From: an uncultured Actinomycetota bacterium
Lineage (GTDB): Bacteria; Actinomycetota; Actinomycetes; Mycobacteriales; CADCTP01
Reading direction: 5' to 3'
Length of the DNA stretch: 64,000 nt
NCBI GenBank assembly: GCA_963785005.1
Contig: CAWATS010000014.1
Span: forward strand, 170,179-234,178
The notes under the pieces were generated by a model. That model worked only from the letters and a program-made list of their open reading frames with translations, searched no databases and was not told the DNA's origin. The position numbers and the translations under genes were made by a program. Each line of letters opens with the position of its first letter. Within the stretch, counting starts at the first letter, position 1. Shown here piece after piece: positions 9,700-18,148 of the stretch.

Positions 9700-10865
9700 C
9701 ACGTGGTGCGCCAGACCCGCCAGAGGGCGGCCGGGTCCGACAGCGGGTCGCCGTGCACGAGCACGAAGTCCGCCGGCCCGCCCTCGCGCAGCCGGCCGGC
9801 TTCGGGCTCGCCGAGGACCCGACCGCCGTTCACCGTCGCCGCGGCCAGCGCTGCGGCCGGCGGCAGGCCCGCGACGACGAGGGTCTGCACCTCCCAGGCG
9901 AGCTGGTTGGCGCGGAGCGAGCCGCCGCCGAAGTCGGTGCCGGCGGCGATCAGCACGCCCGCCCGGTGTGCCAGCCGCACCGACTCGTGTGCCCGCTCCC
10001 GCCGCTCCATGACCGCCGCGCGGCCCTCGGCGGACGCATAGCGCGGGATCGTGGTCGTCGCCGCAAAGGTCCGCCACGACTCCAGCACCGCCAGCGTCGC
10101 CACCAGCGCCACGCCGCCGGCCGCCATCGCCGCCGCGGTGTCCGCGTCCAGCGTGAAGCCGTGCTCCATGCAGTCGACCCGCGCTTCGGCGGCAACCCGG
10201 GCACCGGGCAGCAGCCCGCTGTGCGCGGTGACCGTGGCCCCCCGCGCGTGGACCGCCTCGACGACGCGGCCCACCTCGTGGGCGGTGAACGGGGAGGTCT
10301 CGGCGTCCGGCCCGTCCAGGTAGAGCTTCACCAGGTCCGCGCCGTTGTCGAGCTGCCGGTGCGCGGCGGCCAGCAGCGCGTCGCCGTCCTCTGCCTCGAC
10401 CAGCAGGCCCGCCGGCGGGGTCCCGGCGCGGGCCAGCCAGGTGCCGGCCGCCCGGACGTGCGGGTACTCGCGGCGGCCCCGCCACGCGTCCCGCACCTCG
10501 AGCGACAGCGCCCGACCGTCCCGCTCCGGCGAGCCGACGTCGCGGGCCCACCGCACCCCGGCCTGCCGGAGCAGCCGTGCGTTGTCCTCCGCCACCGCGA
10601 GCAGCGCCTCGGTCGGGTCGGCTCCCCGCTCGATCCAGTGCGACCCGCCCGGCATGGTCAGGTGACTGTGCGCGTCGACCATCCCGGGCACCGCAGTGGC
10701 ACCGCCGGCGTCGACGACGGCCACCTCGGCCCCGAGCGGACCCTCCTGGCCCGTCGGCCGGATCCAGCGCACCCTCTCGCCGTCGACCAGCACGCTGGTG
10801 CCAGGCCGGAGCACGCCCGCGTCGACGTCCAGCAGGGCGCAGTCACGATAGAGGACGCTCGTCAC
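9696..10865 (-). CDS. Metal-dependent amidohydrolase (imidazolonepropionase-like)
   Basis: VPGMVDAHSH (HxH), GADLVKLY, TAHS, MEHG, AAGTDFG, ADFVLVHGDPLSD. TACGGT lies 6 nt before the GTG. Confidence 0.93.
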   Translation of the reverse strand: MTSVLYRDCALLDVDAGVLRPGTSVLVDGERVRWIRPTGQEGPLGAEVAVVDAGGATAVPGMVDAHSHLTMPGGSHWIERGADPTEALLAVAEDNARLLRQAGVRWARDVGSPERDGRALSLEVRDAWRGRREYPHVRAAGTWLARAGTPPAGLLVEAEDGDALLAAAHRQLDNGADLVKLYLDGPDAETSPFTAHEVGRVVEAVHARGATVTAHSGLLPGARVAAEARVDCMEHGFTLDADTAAAMAAGGVALVATLAVLESWRTFAATTTIPRYASAEGRAAVMERRERAHESVRLAHRAGVLIAAGTDFGGGSLRANQLAWEVQTLVVAGLPPAAALAAATVNGGRVLGEPEAGRLREGGPADFVLVHGDPLSDPAALWRVWRTTW

Positions 10866-10879
10866 CCGGCGACCGTAGC

Positions 10880-11200
10880 CCGATCACCAGATCACCCGGC
10901 CACTCAGATCACCCGGTCACCCGGGTCACCCGGCACCCAGGTCCACCCGGCTCACGCCAGATCACCCGGGTCACGCCAGATCACCGGGTCACCGGATCAC
11001 CCGATCACCGGGCCACCGGATCGACGCCCGGTCACCCGGTCACCCGGGTCACCAGATCGCCGGGTCACCGGGTCACCGGGTCCGCCAGATCACCGGTCAC
11101 CCGGTCACCCGGCCGCCAGATCGCCGGGTCACCCGGTCACCCCGGCCGCCAGATCACCGGGTCACCAGATCACCGGGCCACCCGGTCACCCGGTCACCCG
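10880..11200. repeat. ~320-bp degenerate octamer tract (TCACCNGR)n
   Basis: Roughly 35-40 units such as TCACCCGG, TCACCGGG, TCACCAGA, 7-10 nt long. Intergenic. Confidence 0.9.
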
Positions 11201-11434
11201 ATGACGCGGAACTCGTGTCCCTCCGGGTCCGCCAGCACCACCTGGTGCGGCCGGCCCTGCCAGTCGTCCTGCCGCAGCACGGTCGCACCTGCCGCCGTGA
11301 GCCGCCGAACGGTCTCGGTCACCTCGGCCCACCGCTGCTCCGCCGGCACGTCACGACCGACGGTGACGATCCAGGTGCAGCCGGTTCTTCCCCGCCTTCG
11401 ACTCCGGCATCGTCACTTGCCAGCCGGCAGCCAT
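11194..11434 (-). pseudogene. C-terminal half of a VOC/glyoxalase-like protein, frameshift near 11370
   Basis: PESKAGKNRLHLD in one frame, then VTVGRD..RLTAAGATVLR..VVLADPEGHEFRVIG* in another. The N-terminal half is absent. Confidence 0.75.
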
Positions 11435-11595
11435 CCGCGCCCTCCCGTCGCGGCGGACCGTACGCGGGCGAGCTGACGCTTCCGGCGTCCGACCACGGGA
11501 CGGTCGGGGCGATCGGCGCGAGGCTAGGGTCGGCCTCTCCCGGGATGCCGGCACGGCAGCCGCCCTCCCAGCGTGGGCGGACATTGGAGCGACGG

Positions 11596-12303
11596 ATGAC
11601 GGCGACGGTGCGGGTGGAGCGGGTCACGCCGGACAACGTGCTCGCGGCGTGCCGGCTGGCGGTCCGGCCGGAGCAGGAGCGGTACGTCGCGCCGGTCGCG
11701 GTGTCGCTGGCAGAGGCGTACGCCCGGCCCAGGACGGCATGGACCCGGGTCCTGGTCGATGACGGCCGGGTCGTCGCCTTCGTCATGGCAGCGTTCGACC
11801 CGGGCAACTCGGCCGACGCCTTCCGCTGCCGGCTGTGGCGACTGGCGGTCGGGGCGGCCGACCAGGGACGGGGGTACGGCCGGGCGGCGGTCGACGCGGT
11901 GCTGGCCGAGGCGCGGCGACGGGGCCAGCCGCGGGTGACCGTCCTGTGGGTGCCGGGCGAGGACGGGCCGGAGGGCTTCCACCTCCGGCTCGGCTTCCGG
12001 CCGACCGGTCGGACCGTGGGCCCGCGGGTGGTCGGCTCGCTGGACCTCGATCCGGTCACCAGCAGCCTCGCCGCCCGCGGCCGCGCGGCCGGCATGCTGC
12101 GGGACGCGGCCGAGCGGCTCGACCGGGCGGCCGGACACTGCCGGATGGCGGCCGAGCACATGGACGACGACGACGTGCCGAGGATGGGCATTCACGCCTG
12201 GGCGGCCCGCGGCGACCTGCTCGGCGCCACCGCGCACCTCGACGAGGCGGCCCGCCAGCAGGCCGTCCGGTCGATGCTGCCCGGCGACCCCACCGCACCC
12301 TGA
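11596..12303 (+). CDS. GNAT acetyltransferase (spermidine/diamine N-acetyltransferase-like) with extra C-terminal helical domain
   Basis: GGAG RBS, VRPEQERYVAPVAVSLAEAY, LWRLAV, motif A QGRGYGR, GPEGFHLRLGFRPTG. Confidence 0.87.
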   Translation: MTATVRVERVTPDNVLAACRLAVRPEQERYVAPVAVSLAEAYARPRTAWTRVLVDDGRVVAFVMAAFDPGNSADAFRCRLWRLAVGAADQGRGYGRAAVDAVLAEARRRGQPRVTVLWVPGEDGPEGFHLRLGFRPTGRTVGPRVVGSLDLDPVTSSLAARGRAAGMLRDAAERLDRAAGHCRMAAEHMDDDDVPRMGIHAWAARGDLLGATAHLDEAARQQAVRSMLPGDPTAP

Positions 12304-12336
12304 GCAGTCGCCGATCGTCGCCGGGACGACGTGGGC

Positions 12337-12963
12337 TCAGCGCCGGTGCGAGCGGGGAGACGCTCCGCGGGCGCGGCGGCGGCCGGACGTCGGCGCGGCG
12401 ACCCCCCGGCCGCCCGCGCCGCGGCGTGGCACGGGAGGGCCCTGGGCTAGGCCGACAGCGGCGGCCGGCGTCCGGGAGCCGCGGCCGGGCGGCTTCCACG
12501 GCGTGACCAGGGCGCCCCGCGTGCGTACGGTCATCCAGCCGGCGGCCGCCTGGGCGATCAGCCCGAGCAGGCCGAGCGGCAGGCCGATCCCCGGCCCGAC
12601 GGACAGCACCGGAAACGTCTCGACCACCGGCAGTGCGAAGGGGAAGAAGCCGGCCCGCCCGAAGACCACCGCGTCCAGGCTGGCCGCCACCGCGACCGCG
12701 CCGATCCCGCCCACCGCGGCCGTGAGCGCGGCGACCCCGGTGGGCACCGGCCGGCTGGGCAGCAGCAGCACCCAGAGCCCGCCGAGCGTCACCCCACCGA
12801 GCAGCGGCAGCGCCCAGGCGGGCGAGCCGGTCCAGGCCGTCGCCTCGGCCATGCCGCAGCCGGCGACGGTGCAGATCCGGTCGCGCTGCCAGGGCAGGAC
12901 ACCGGCGAGCAGCAGCATCGGGACCGAGGCGGCCACCAGGACGTCGGCACGCAGCCGGGACAC
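12337..12963 (-). CDS. Hypothetical integral membrane protein
   Basis: About four hydrophobic segments. TAGGCT lies 6 nt before the GTG. Confidence 0.7.
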   Translation of the reverse strand: MSRLRADVLVAASVPMLLLAGVLPWQRDRICTVAGCGMAEATAWTGSPAWALPLLGGVTLGGLWVLLLPSRPVPTGVAALTAAVGGIGAVAVAASLDAVVFGRAGFFPFALPVVETFPVLSVGPGIGLPLGLLGLIAQAAAGWMTVRTRGALVTPWKPPGRGSRTPAAAVGLAQGPPVPRRGAGGRGVAAPTSGRRRARGASPRSHRR

Positions 12964-13060
12964 GGCGGCAGCCTAGCCGGACCGCCCCCACAGCCAGGCG
13001 TCCGGGCACCCACGGACGCCGATTGGCAGGGACGCCTGGCTGGGCCCGGCCGCGGCGCCT

Positions 13061-13138
13061 GGCCGGCGCTCCGTCAGGCCGGCGCTCGCAGCGCCTCAGG
13101 CCGGCGCTCCGTCAGGCCGGCGCTCCGTCAGGCCGGCG
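13061..13138. repeat. 16-bp intergenic tandem repeat
   Basis: GGCGCTCCGTCAGGCC three times, with one interrupted copy between the first and second. Confidence 0.8.
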
Positions 13139-13335
13139 TACGCGGCGCCGTGCCGGGTCGACCGACCGAACCGGCCGGCGCCGTCCCGCGGGTCGTGACC
13201 TCGGCACCCACTGGCCGGTTCGGCTGCCGGTCGCGCGGTCCGGTTCCCGAGTGCGCAGCTGGACGCCGGCTCGCGCTCGCGGCCCGCGCGCCGAACCACG
13301 CGCCCGAGGGCACCGGCGCCGTTCACGGGCGCCGG

Positions 13336-14664
13336 CTACCGGACCGCCTGGAGGCGCCGTTGCTCGGTGCCGGTCGGGAGCGGGGCAGCGACCGGGGTCG
13401 GCACCGGGACCTCGACCGGCGGCCTGGCTGGCGCGGGCAACGGCTCGGTGAGCAGCGTCCGGCAGGCGAGGTTGAACGCCCGGGGCGCGTTCACCGCCAC
13501 TACCCCGGCCAGCCGCCCGCGCTGCAGGTAGCTGGCCACCACGCCCGCCCGGGCGGTGTCCCGCCGGCCCGGCCGCAGCTCGGTCAGCACCACCTCGGCC
13601 GTGCGGTCGAGCCGGCCGCAGACCTGGATGCGCAGCCCGTTCTGGTCGGACCAGAAGCGGGGGAGCAGCGCGACCGGCGGCACCTCCCGGTTGCCGGCGA
13701 GCAGCGTGCGGGCAGCACCCTGGCCCTGCTCCACCGCGCTGATCCACTGGCCGACCCGGCCGGGCGTCGTGCCGTACCGCCGGTTCGGCCACCGGGCCAG
13801 CGCGCCCGCCGCGACCACCCCGTCCACGCCGGTAACCCGCAGCGTCTCGTCGCAGAGCACGCCGTCGGTCCGGTCGACCGGCGTGCCGGCCAGCCACTCG
13901 ACGTCGGGCCGTTCCCCGGCCGCGACGACGACGACGTCGGCCCGCACCGTCTCGCCGCTGTCCAGCAGCAGCCGCCAGCCGTCCCGCCGGCGCTCCGCCA
14001 GCGTGACCGACCGGCCGAGCCGCAGCTGGACGCCGGCGGCGCGGTGTGCCGCGGTGACCAGGGTGCCGACCTGCTCGCCGACCGAGCGCGGCATCACGTG
14101 CGGCGCGGCGTTGACCAGGACGGCCTCCCGCGCCATCGCGACCACCGTGCAGGCCACCTCGCAGCCGGTCAGTCCACCGCCGATGATCGCCACCCGGCGC
14201 GCCCTGGTCAGCGCCTCGCGCAGCGTCCAGGCGTCGGACAGGGTGTGCAGCATGTGCAGGCCCGGCTGGCCGGCGGGCCAGTCCGCCGGCAGCACGGCCC
14301 GGGTCCCGGTCGCGATGACCAGCCCGTCGTAGCCGAGCGCCTCGCCCGTGCTCAGCCCGACCCGCCGGGCGTACGGGTCGAGTGACTCGGCCCGGACGCC
14401 GGACCGCCACCGCACGTTCGGGCAGCCCCGCAGGTCGAGCATCGTGTCCTGCGGGCGCTGGTGCCCGTCGAGCATGCCCTTCGAGCAGGCCGTGCGGTCG
14501 TACGGCGGGACCGGCTCGGCGCTGAGCACCGTGACGTCGCCGGTGAAGCCCTGCCGGCGCAGCTCGCCCGCCGCGGCCCATCCGGCCGCGCCGCCGCCGA
14601 CGATCACGACCCGGTCCCGCGGACCGTACGTCGGCCGAACCGGACGGACCACATGGAGGCTCAT
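13336..14664 (-). CDS. NAD(P)H-dependent ferredoxin reductase (FAD, putidaredoxin-reductase type)
   Basis: IVGGGAAG, PPYDRTACSK, LVIATG, IIGGGLTGCEVA, VVAAG, Reductase_C FWSDQNGLRIQ. Confidence 0.92.
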   Translation of the reverse strand: MSLHVVRPVRPTYGPRDRVVIVGGGAAGWAAAGELRRQGFTGDVTVLSAEPVPPYDRTACSKGMLDGHQRPQDTMLDLRGCPNVRWRSGVRAESLDPYARRVGLSTGEALGYDGLVIATGTRAVLPADWPAGQPGLHMLHTLSDAWTLREALTRARRVAIIGGGLTGCEVACTVVAMAREAVLVNAAPHVMPRSVGEQVGTLVTAAHRAAGVQLRLGRSVTLAERRRDGWRLLLDSGETVRADVVVVAAGERPDVEWLAGTPVDRTDGVLCDETLRVTGVDGVVAAGALARWPNRRYGTTPGRVGQWISAVEQGQGAARTLLAGNREVPPVALLPRFWSDQNGLRIQVCGRLDRTAEVVLTELRPGRRDTARAGVVASYLQRGRLAGVVAVNAPRAFNLACRTLLTEPLPAPARPPVEVPVPTPVAAPLPTGTEQRRLQAVR

Positions 14665-14770
14665 GGCCGCCCTCCCCGTCCGGTCGCCGGCCGCTGCCCG
14701 GCGGGCCGGCTCCGGTGCTGACCGTCGGCGTCACGCCGGGGACGGGGACGGGGACGGCTCCCGCGCGGGC

Positions 14771-16032
14771 TCATCGCCGGCCCCCCGTCCGGCCGCCGCC
14801 GACCCCGCGCAGCGGCCGGAGGTGGTGCCGGCCGGTGTCCTCGAGCTCGGACGGCGGCTCGGCGGGGGGATGGTGCGGCGGCGACCCCGGCGGCTGCCGC
14901 ACCATCCCCGGCTGGGACCGCGCCGCCGCGGGGTGCAGTCGCACGGCGGCGGGCTGCTGGAACACCGGCCCGGAGTGGTCCGGGACCGCCTTGGGCCGCT
15001 GGAAGACCGGAGCCGGCCGCGGCGGTGGGCTCTGCTGTGGGCCCTGCGGCTGGCCCTTCGGCTGGCCCTGGGCCGGGCTCGGCGCCTGCCCAGGTGGTGG
15101 GCTCTGCCGGGGCGGCGGTGGGCTCTGCGGCTCGCTGTACGCCGGGCCCCGCGCCGGGCTCTGCGCAGGGCTCTGCAGCCAGGGCTCTGCACGGAACCCT
15201 GCGGGACGTCGTTCCCGGCCGGCTCGGCCGCGTCGGACCGGGCGACGACGACCGCGGTGGGCAGCCGGCCGAGCGTGATGGCGCGCGCCGGGCAGACGAC
15301 GGCGGCCCGCATCGCGGCCTCCGCCTGGTCGCTGGGAGCAACCGACTTGTACGCCAGCCGCTGGTCGCTGCGCAGCGAGAAGATCCCCGGCGCCTCGTGC
15401 TCGCAGAAGCCGAACGACGCGCACCGGCCCGGGTCCACGCTGACCGTGATCTCCTCCGCCCGGCGCCGGCTGCTGGCGCGGTCGAGCAGCAGCCGCGGCA
15501 GCCGCGCGACCGGCGCGAGAGTCATGGCGCCGGCCACGACGACGACTGCCCAGGCGACCGCCACGGCGACCCGCGGGCCGGCCGCGGCGAGCTCCGATCC
15601 GGACACCAGGATGTGCGCTGCCACCAGGGTGAATGCGAGGTAGCCGAGCGAGTGCAGGGCCCGCCAGCGGTGGTAGCCGAGCCGCCGCTGCACCAGTACG
15701 GACAGGCCGGAGGCCAGCAGCATCTCCAGCGCCAGCACGCCCATCCCGACGCCGACGGGATCGGCCCGGTTCGCGAACGGCACCACCACGTCCAGGCCGC
15801 TGACCTTGCCGTGCGGGTCCGCGAGCTGCGCCAGCCCGTGCACGATCCCGAGCCAGAGACCGAAGAGCGTGACGTGCATGTGGATGCCGTGGACGGTGGC
15901 GTGCCGGATCCGGGACCGGGCCCAGCCGCTGCGCAGCACGGTGCCCCACAGGGTGCCCACCCAGAGGGCGGCGAACGAGGTGAAGCCGGCGACGGCGGCG
16001 ATCAGGTGCACGCTCTCCTGCGCTGTCCGCAT
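14771..16032 (-). CDS. Ferric-reductase-like di-heme TM domain fused to [3Fe-4S]-type ferredoxin, Pro/Gln-rich tail (probable frameshift near 15180)
   Basis: TM His pairs H-x13-H (IHMHVTLFGLWLGIVH) and H-x12-H (LHSLGYLAFTLVAAH). Ferredoxin VDPGRCASFGFCEHEAPGIF...VCPARAI. The tail frame is ambiguous (stop 14771 or 14731). Confidence 0.85.
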
Positions 16033-16118
16033 CGGGGCGGGACCACTCCTTCTCGGGTACCGGGGGGCGGGGGCGGCCCCGGTCAGCACGGTCGGGCCGC
16101 CCCCGCGGTGCAGGTCGC

Positions 16119-16745
16119 TCAGTAGTCGCCGCCGCCGGACGGCGGCGCGACGGGCGCGGGCACCCCCTTGGGGATGCAGGTCAGGTTCTTCGCGCCGCTC
16201 GGTGCGGCCACCCACCAGGTGCCGGAGACGCCCTGGCCCTTCCACGCGCCGGGCTTCGGGTCGCCGGCGTACCGGTAGAGCGGCCAGCCGCTCAGCGTGA
16301 GCTGCTTCCGGCCGTCCGCCCAGGTGATCGTGTCCACCTTGGCCGGGTCGACCCCGGTCAGCCGGGGCTTGCCGTCGGTCCAGGCCGGCGGCCAGACCTT
16401 GGCGCAGGTGCCGGCGCAGGCCGACTTGGCGGCGGCCTTGGTGTCCTTGTCGAAGCGGTAGAGCACCCAGCCCTTGGCGTCGGTCACGACCGTGCCCATC
16501 TTGGGGATCGTCTTGGCTACCAGCGCTCCCGGGGCGGCCGCGGGGGCCGCTGCCGGGTCGGGCGTCGCCGAGGCCGCGGGCGCTCCGTAGCCGTCACCGG
16601 CGTCCCCTGCCGCCGGCTGCTCGGCCGCGGCCTCTCCATAACCGCCATCCCCGGCCGTGGTGGTGTAGCCGCCGCACGCCGACGCCAGCGCGAGCGCTCC
16701 GCACGCGGCGACGGCGAGTGCCGCCCGGCGCATGATTGTAGTCAC
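16119..16745 (-). CDS. COG4315 / Yx(FWY)xxD-repeat lipoprotein
   Basis: AGAGGA RBS before GTG 16745, lipobox LASAC, GWVLYRFDKD, SACAGTCAKVWPP, GWPLYRYAGD, GQGVSGTWW. Confidence 0.9.
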   Translation of the reverse strand: MTTIMRRAALAVAACGALALASACGGYTTTAGDGGYGEAAAEQPAAGDAGDGYGAPAASATPDPAAAPAAAPGALVAKTIPKMGTVVTDAKGWVLYRFDKDTKAAAKSACAGTCAKVWPPAWTDGKPRLTGVDPAKVDTITWADGRKQLTLSGWPLYRYAGDPKPGAWKGQGVSGTWWVAAPSGAKNLTCIPKGVPAPVAPPSGGGDY

Positions 16746-16871
16746 GTCGAATCCTCTCTCGATTCGGGAGATCGGCGGGAAATCGGCCGCCGACCCTTTT
16801 CCACGAAATGCGCCGCGGTCCGGTTCATGACCCCGTCGAGAATTGCTCGCAGCATTTCCCGCGACTTTGTA

Positions 16872-16907
16872 CGGCGTACCACCGCGGGCGCCCGCGGTGG
16901 TACGCCG
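16872..16907. terminator. Perfect 36-bp palindrome between the DUF1996 and lipoprotein genes
   Basis: CGGCGTACCACCGCGGGC|GCCCGCGGTGGTACGCCG with no spacer and no U-tract. Terminator or mRNA-stabilising hairpin. Confidence 0.65.
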
Positions 16908-16953
16908 CCCCGCGCCGCGACGCACCGCGGCGCAAGTCCTGCGGCTGCCGGCC

Positions 16954-18018
16954 TCAGCAGCGGCGGCCGGAATTGATGCACTCGACGGCCCGGCGCATCA
17001 GCGACTCCGGCATCACGTTCGTGAAGTCGTTGTGGTCGGTGACGGCCTTCCGCAGCTGCTCCGGGAAGGTGTCGAGGGCGAACGACCGGCCGGGCGCGAC
17101 CAGGTAGCTCAGCGTGATCCTCAGCTGCGGGATCGCGACCGTACCCTCCGGGCACGCGCCGGTCTCCCGGTCGGCGAATGCCACATGCGTCCGGTGGTTG
17201 AGGCTGTCGTTGTTGGCGCCGTCCCAGCAGCCCGGGAAGTCGCTGACGCGCTGTACCAGCTGACCGCGCGGGCACAGCGGGTATTGCGTCGAGCTGACCT
17301 TGCCGCGGGTGCCGGAGCAGGTCCACTGGGCTCGGGCATTGGGTGCATTCGGGCCGTTGGTGATGGCCTTCGCATCCCCGGTGATGATTCGCAGCAGAGG
17401 CGCCATCTCGACGACCTTGGCCTGCGCGTTGCCGCGGAACTGCAGCGAGACCCGGACCGGGGTGAGGATCCGGCCGAGGTTGCCGTCCAGGCCGCCGCCC
17501 GGCTGGTCGGCGTCGGCGCCCTGCCGCCGGATGTCGCGTACCACCGGCCAGAAGTAGGTGGACTTGTCGCCGAGCCGGCAGGTGGTGCCGGCGGCGGAGA
17601 GGGACTCGTCGGTCGAGTTGCCGTCGGTCGAGAGGTTTCCGACGTAGTCGTGCACGTGGTGCGCGGCGTTGGTCACCCCCGGCGAGGTGATGAAGTTGTC
17701 CGAGTTGCGGTGCCCGTTGAGGTTGCGGCCGCAGCGTGAGGTGAACGAGCCGGTGGACGCGTCCGGACCGGCCGCCGGCGCCGCGGCGGCGTCCGGCGCG
17801 TCCGCGATCCGGACGTAGTCCTCGGGATTGGTGGTCGGGTGGTTGCGGTGGTCCGTGCTGCCGGTGCCGTCGGCGCGCTCGAGCGTCGCCTGCACGGTCA
17901 CCGGATCCTCGGCGGCGGAGGCCAGCCGCACCCCCAGCCCGGTGGCGCCGCCGAGGGCGACCACCGCGAAGACGGCGGCCATTCTCCGCCTCCTGCGGAC
18001 TGTTTTCTGGTCCGGCAT
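16954..18018 (-). CDS. Secreted DUF1996 domain protein
   Basis: GAAGGGAG RBS, Arg-rich signal peptide, NFITSPGV..AHHVHDYVGN, TTCRLGDKSTYFWP, FPGCWDGANNDSLNHRTHV, CPEG..IPQL, DHNDF. Confidence 0.9.
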   Translation of the reverse strand: MPDQKTVRRRRRMAAVFAVVALGGATGLGVRLASAAEDPVTVQATLERADGTGSTDHRNHPTTNPEDYVRIADAPDAAAAPAAGPDASTGSFTSRCGRNLNGHRNSDNFITSPGVTNAAHHVHDYVGNLSTDGNSTDESLSAAGTTCRLGDKSTYFWPVVRDIRRQGADADQPGGGLDGNLGRILTPVRVSLQFRGNAQAKVVEMAPLLRIITGDAKAITNGPNAPNARAQWTCSGTRGKVSSTQYPLCPRGQLVQRVSDFPGCWDGANNDSLNHRTHVAFADRETGACPEGTVAIPQLRITLSYLVAPGRSFALDTFPEQLRKAVTDHNDFTNVMPESLMRRAVECINSGRRC

Positions 18019-18148
18019 GATGCTCCCTTCTCGGTGTTTCAAGACAGGTCGGACTCCGCGGCGAACCCGCGAGGTCCTTCTCGTGCCAGCCGGCCGGTCC
18101 ACGGTGGCGGCCGGTGCCGGGCGGCGGGATTCGGTGGCATGTCGCCGC

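Noticed and set aside
10880-11200. Possible CRISPR array or repeat-protein gene (ORFs 9753-11204, 10577-11476)
   Set aside because: Octamer units without spacers. The translations are low-complexity in all frames, and the ORFs are antisense to the amidohydrolase.
671-12975. Repeated TANNNT hexamers 6-7 nt before start codons (677, 4970, 6325, 7990, 10872, 12970)
   Set aside because: Real, but this is ordinary actinobacterial leaderless transcription. I used it only to choose start codons.
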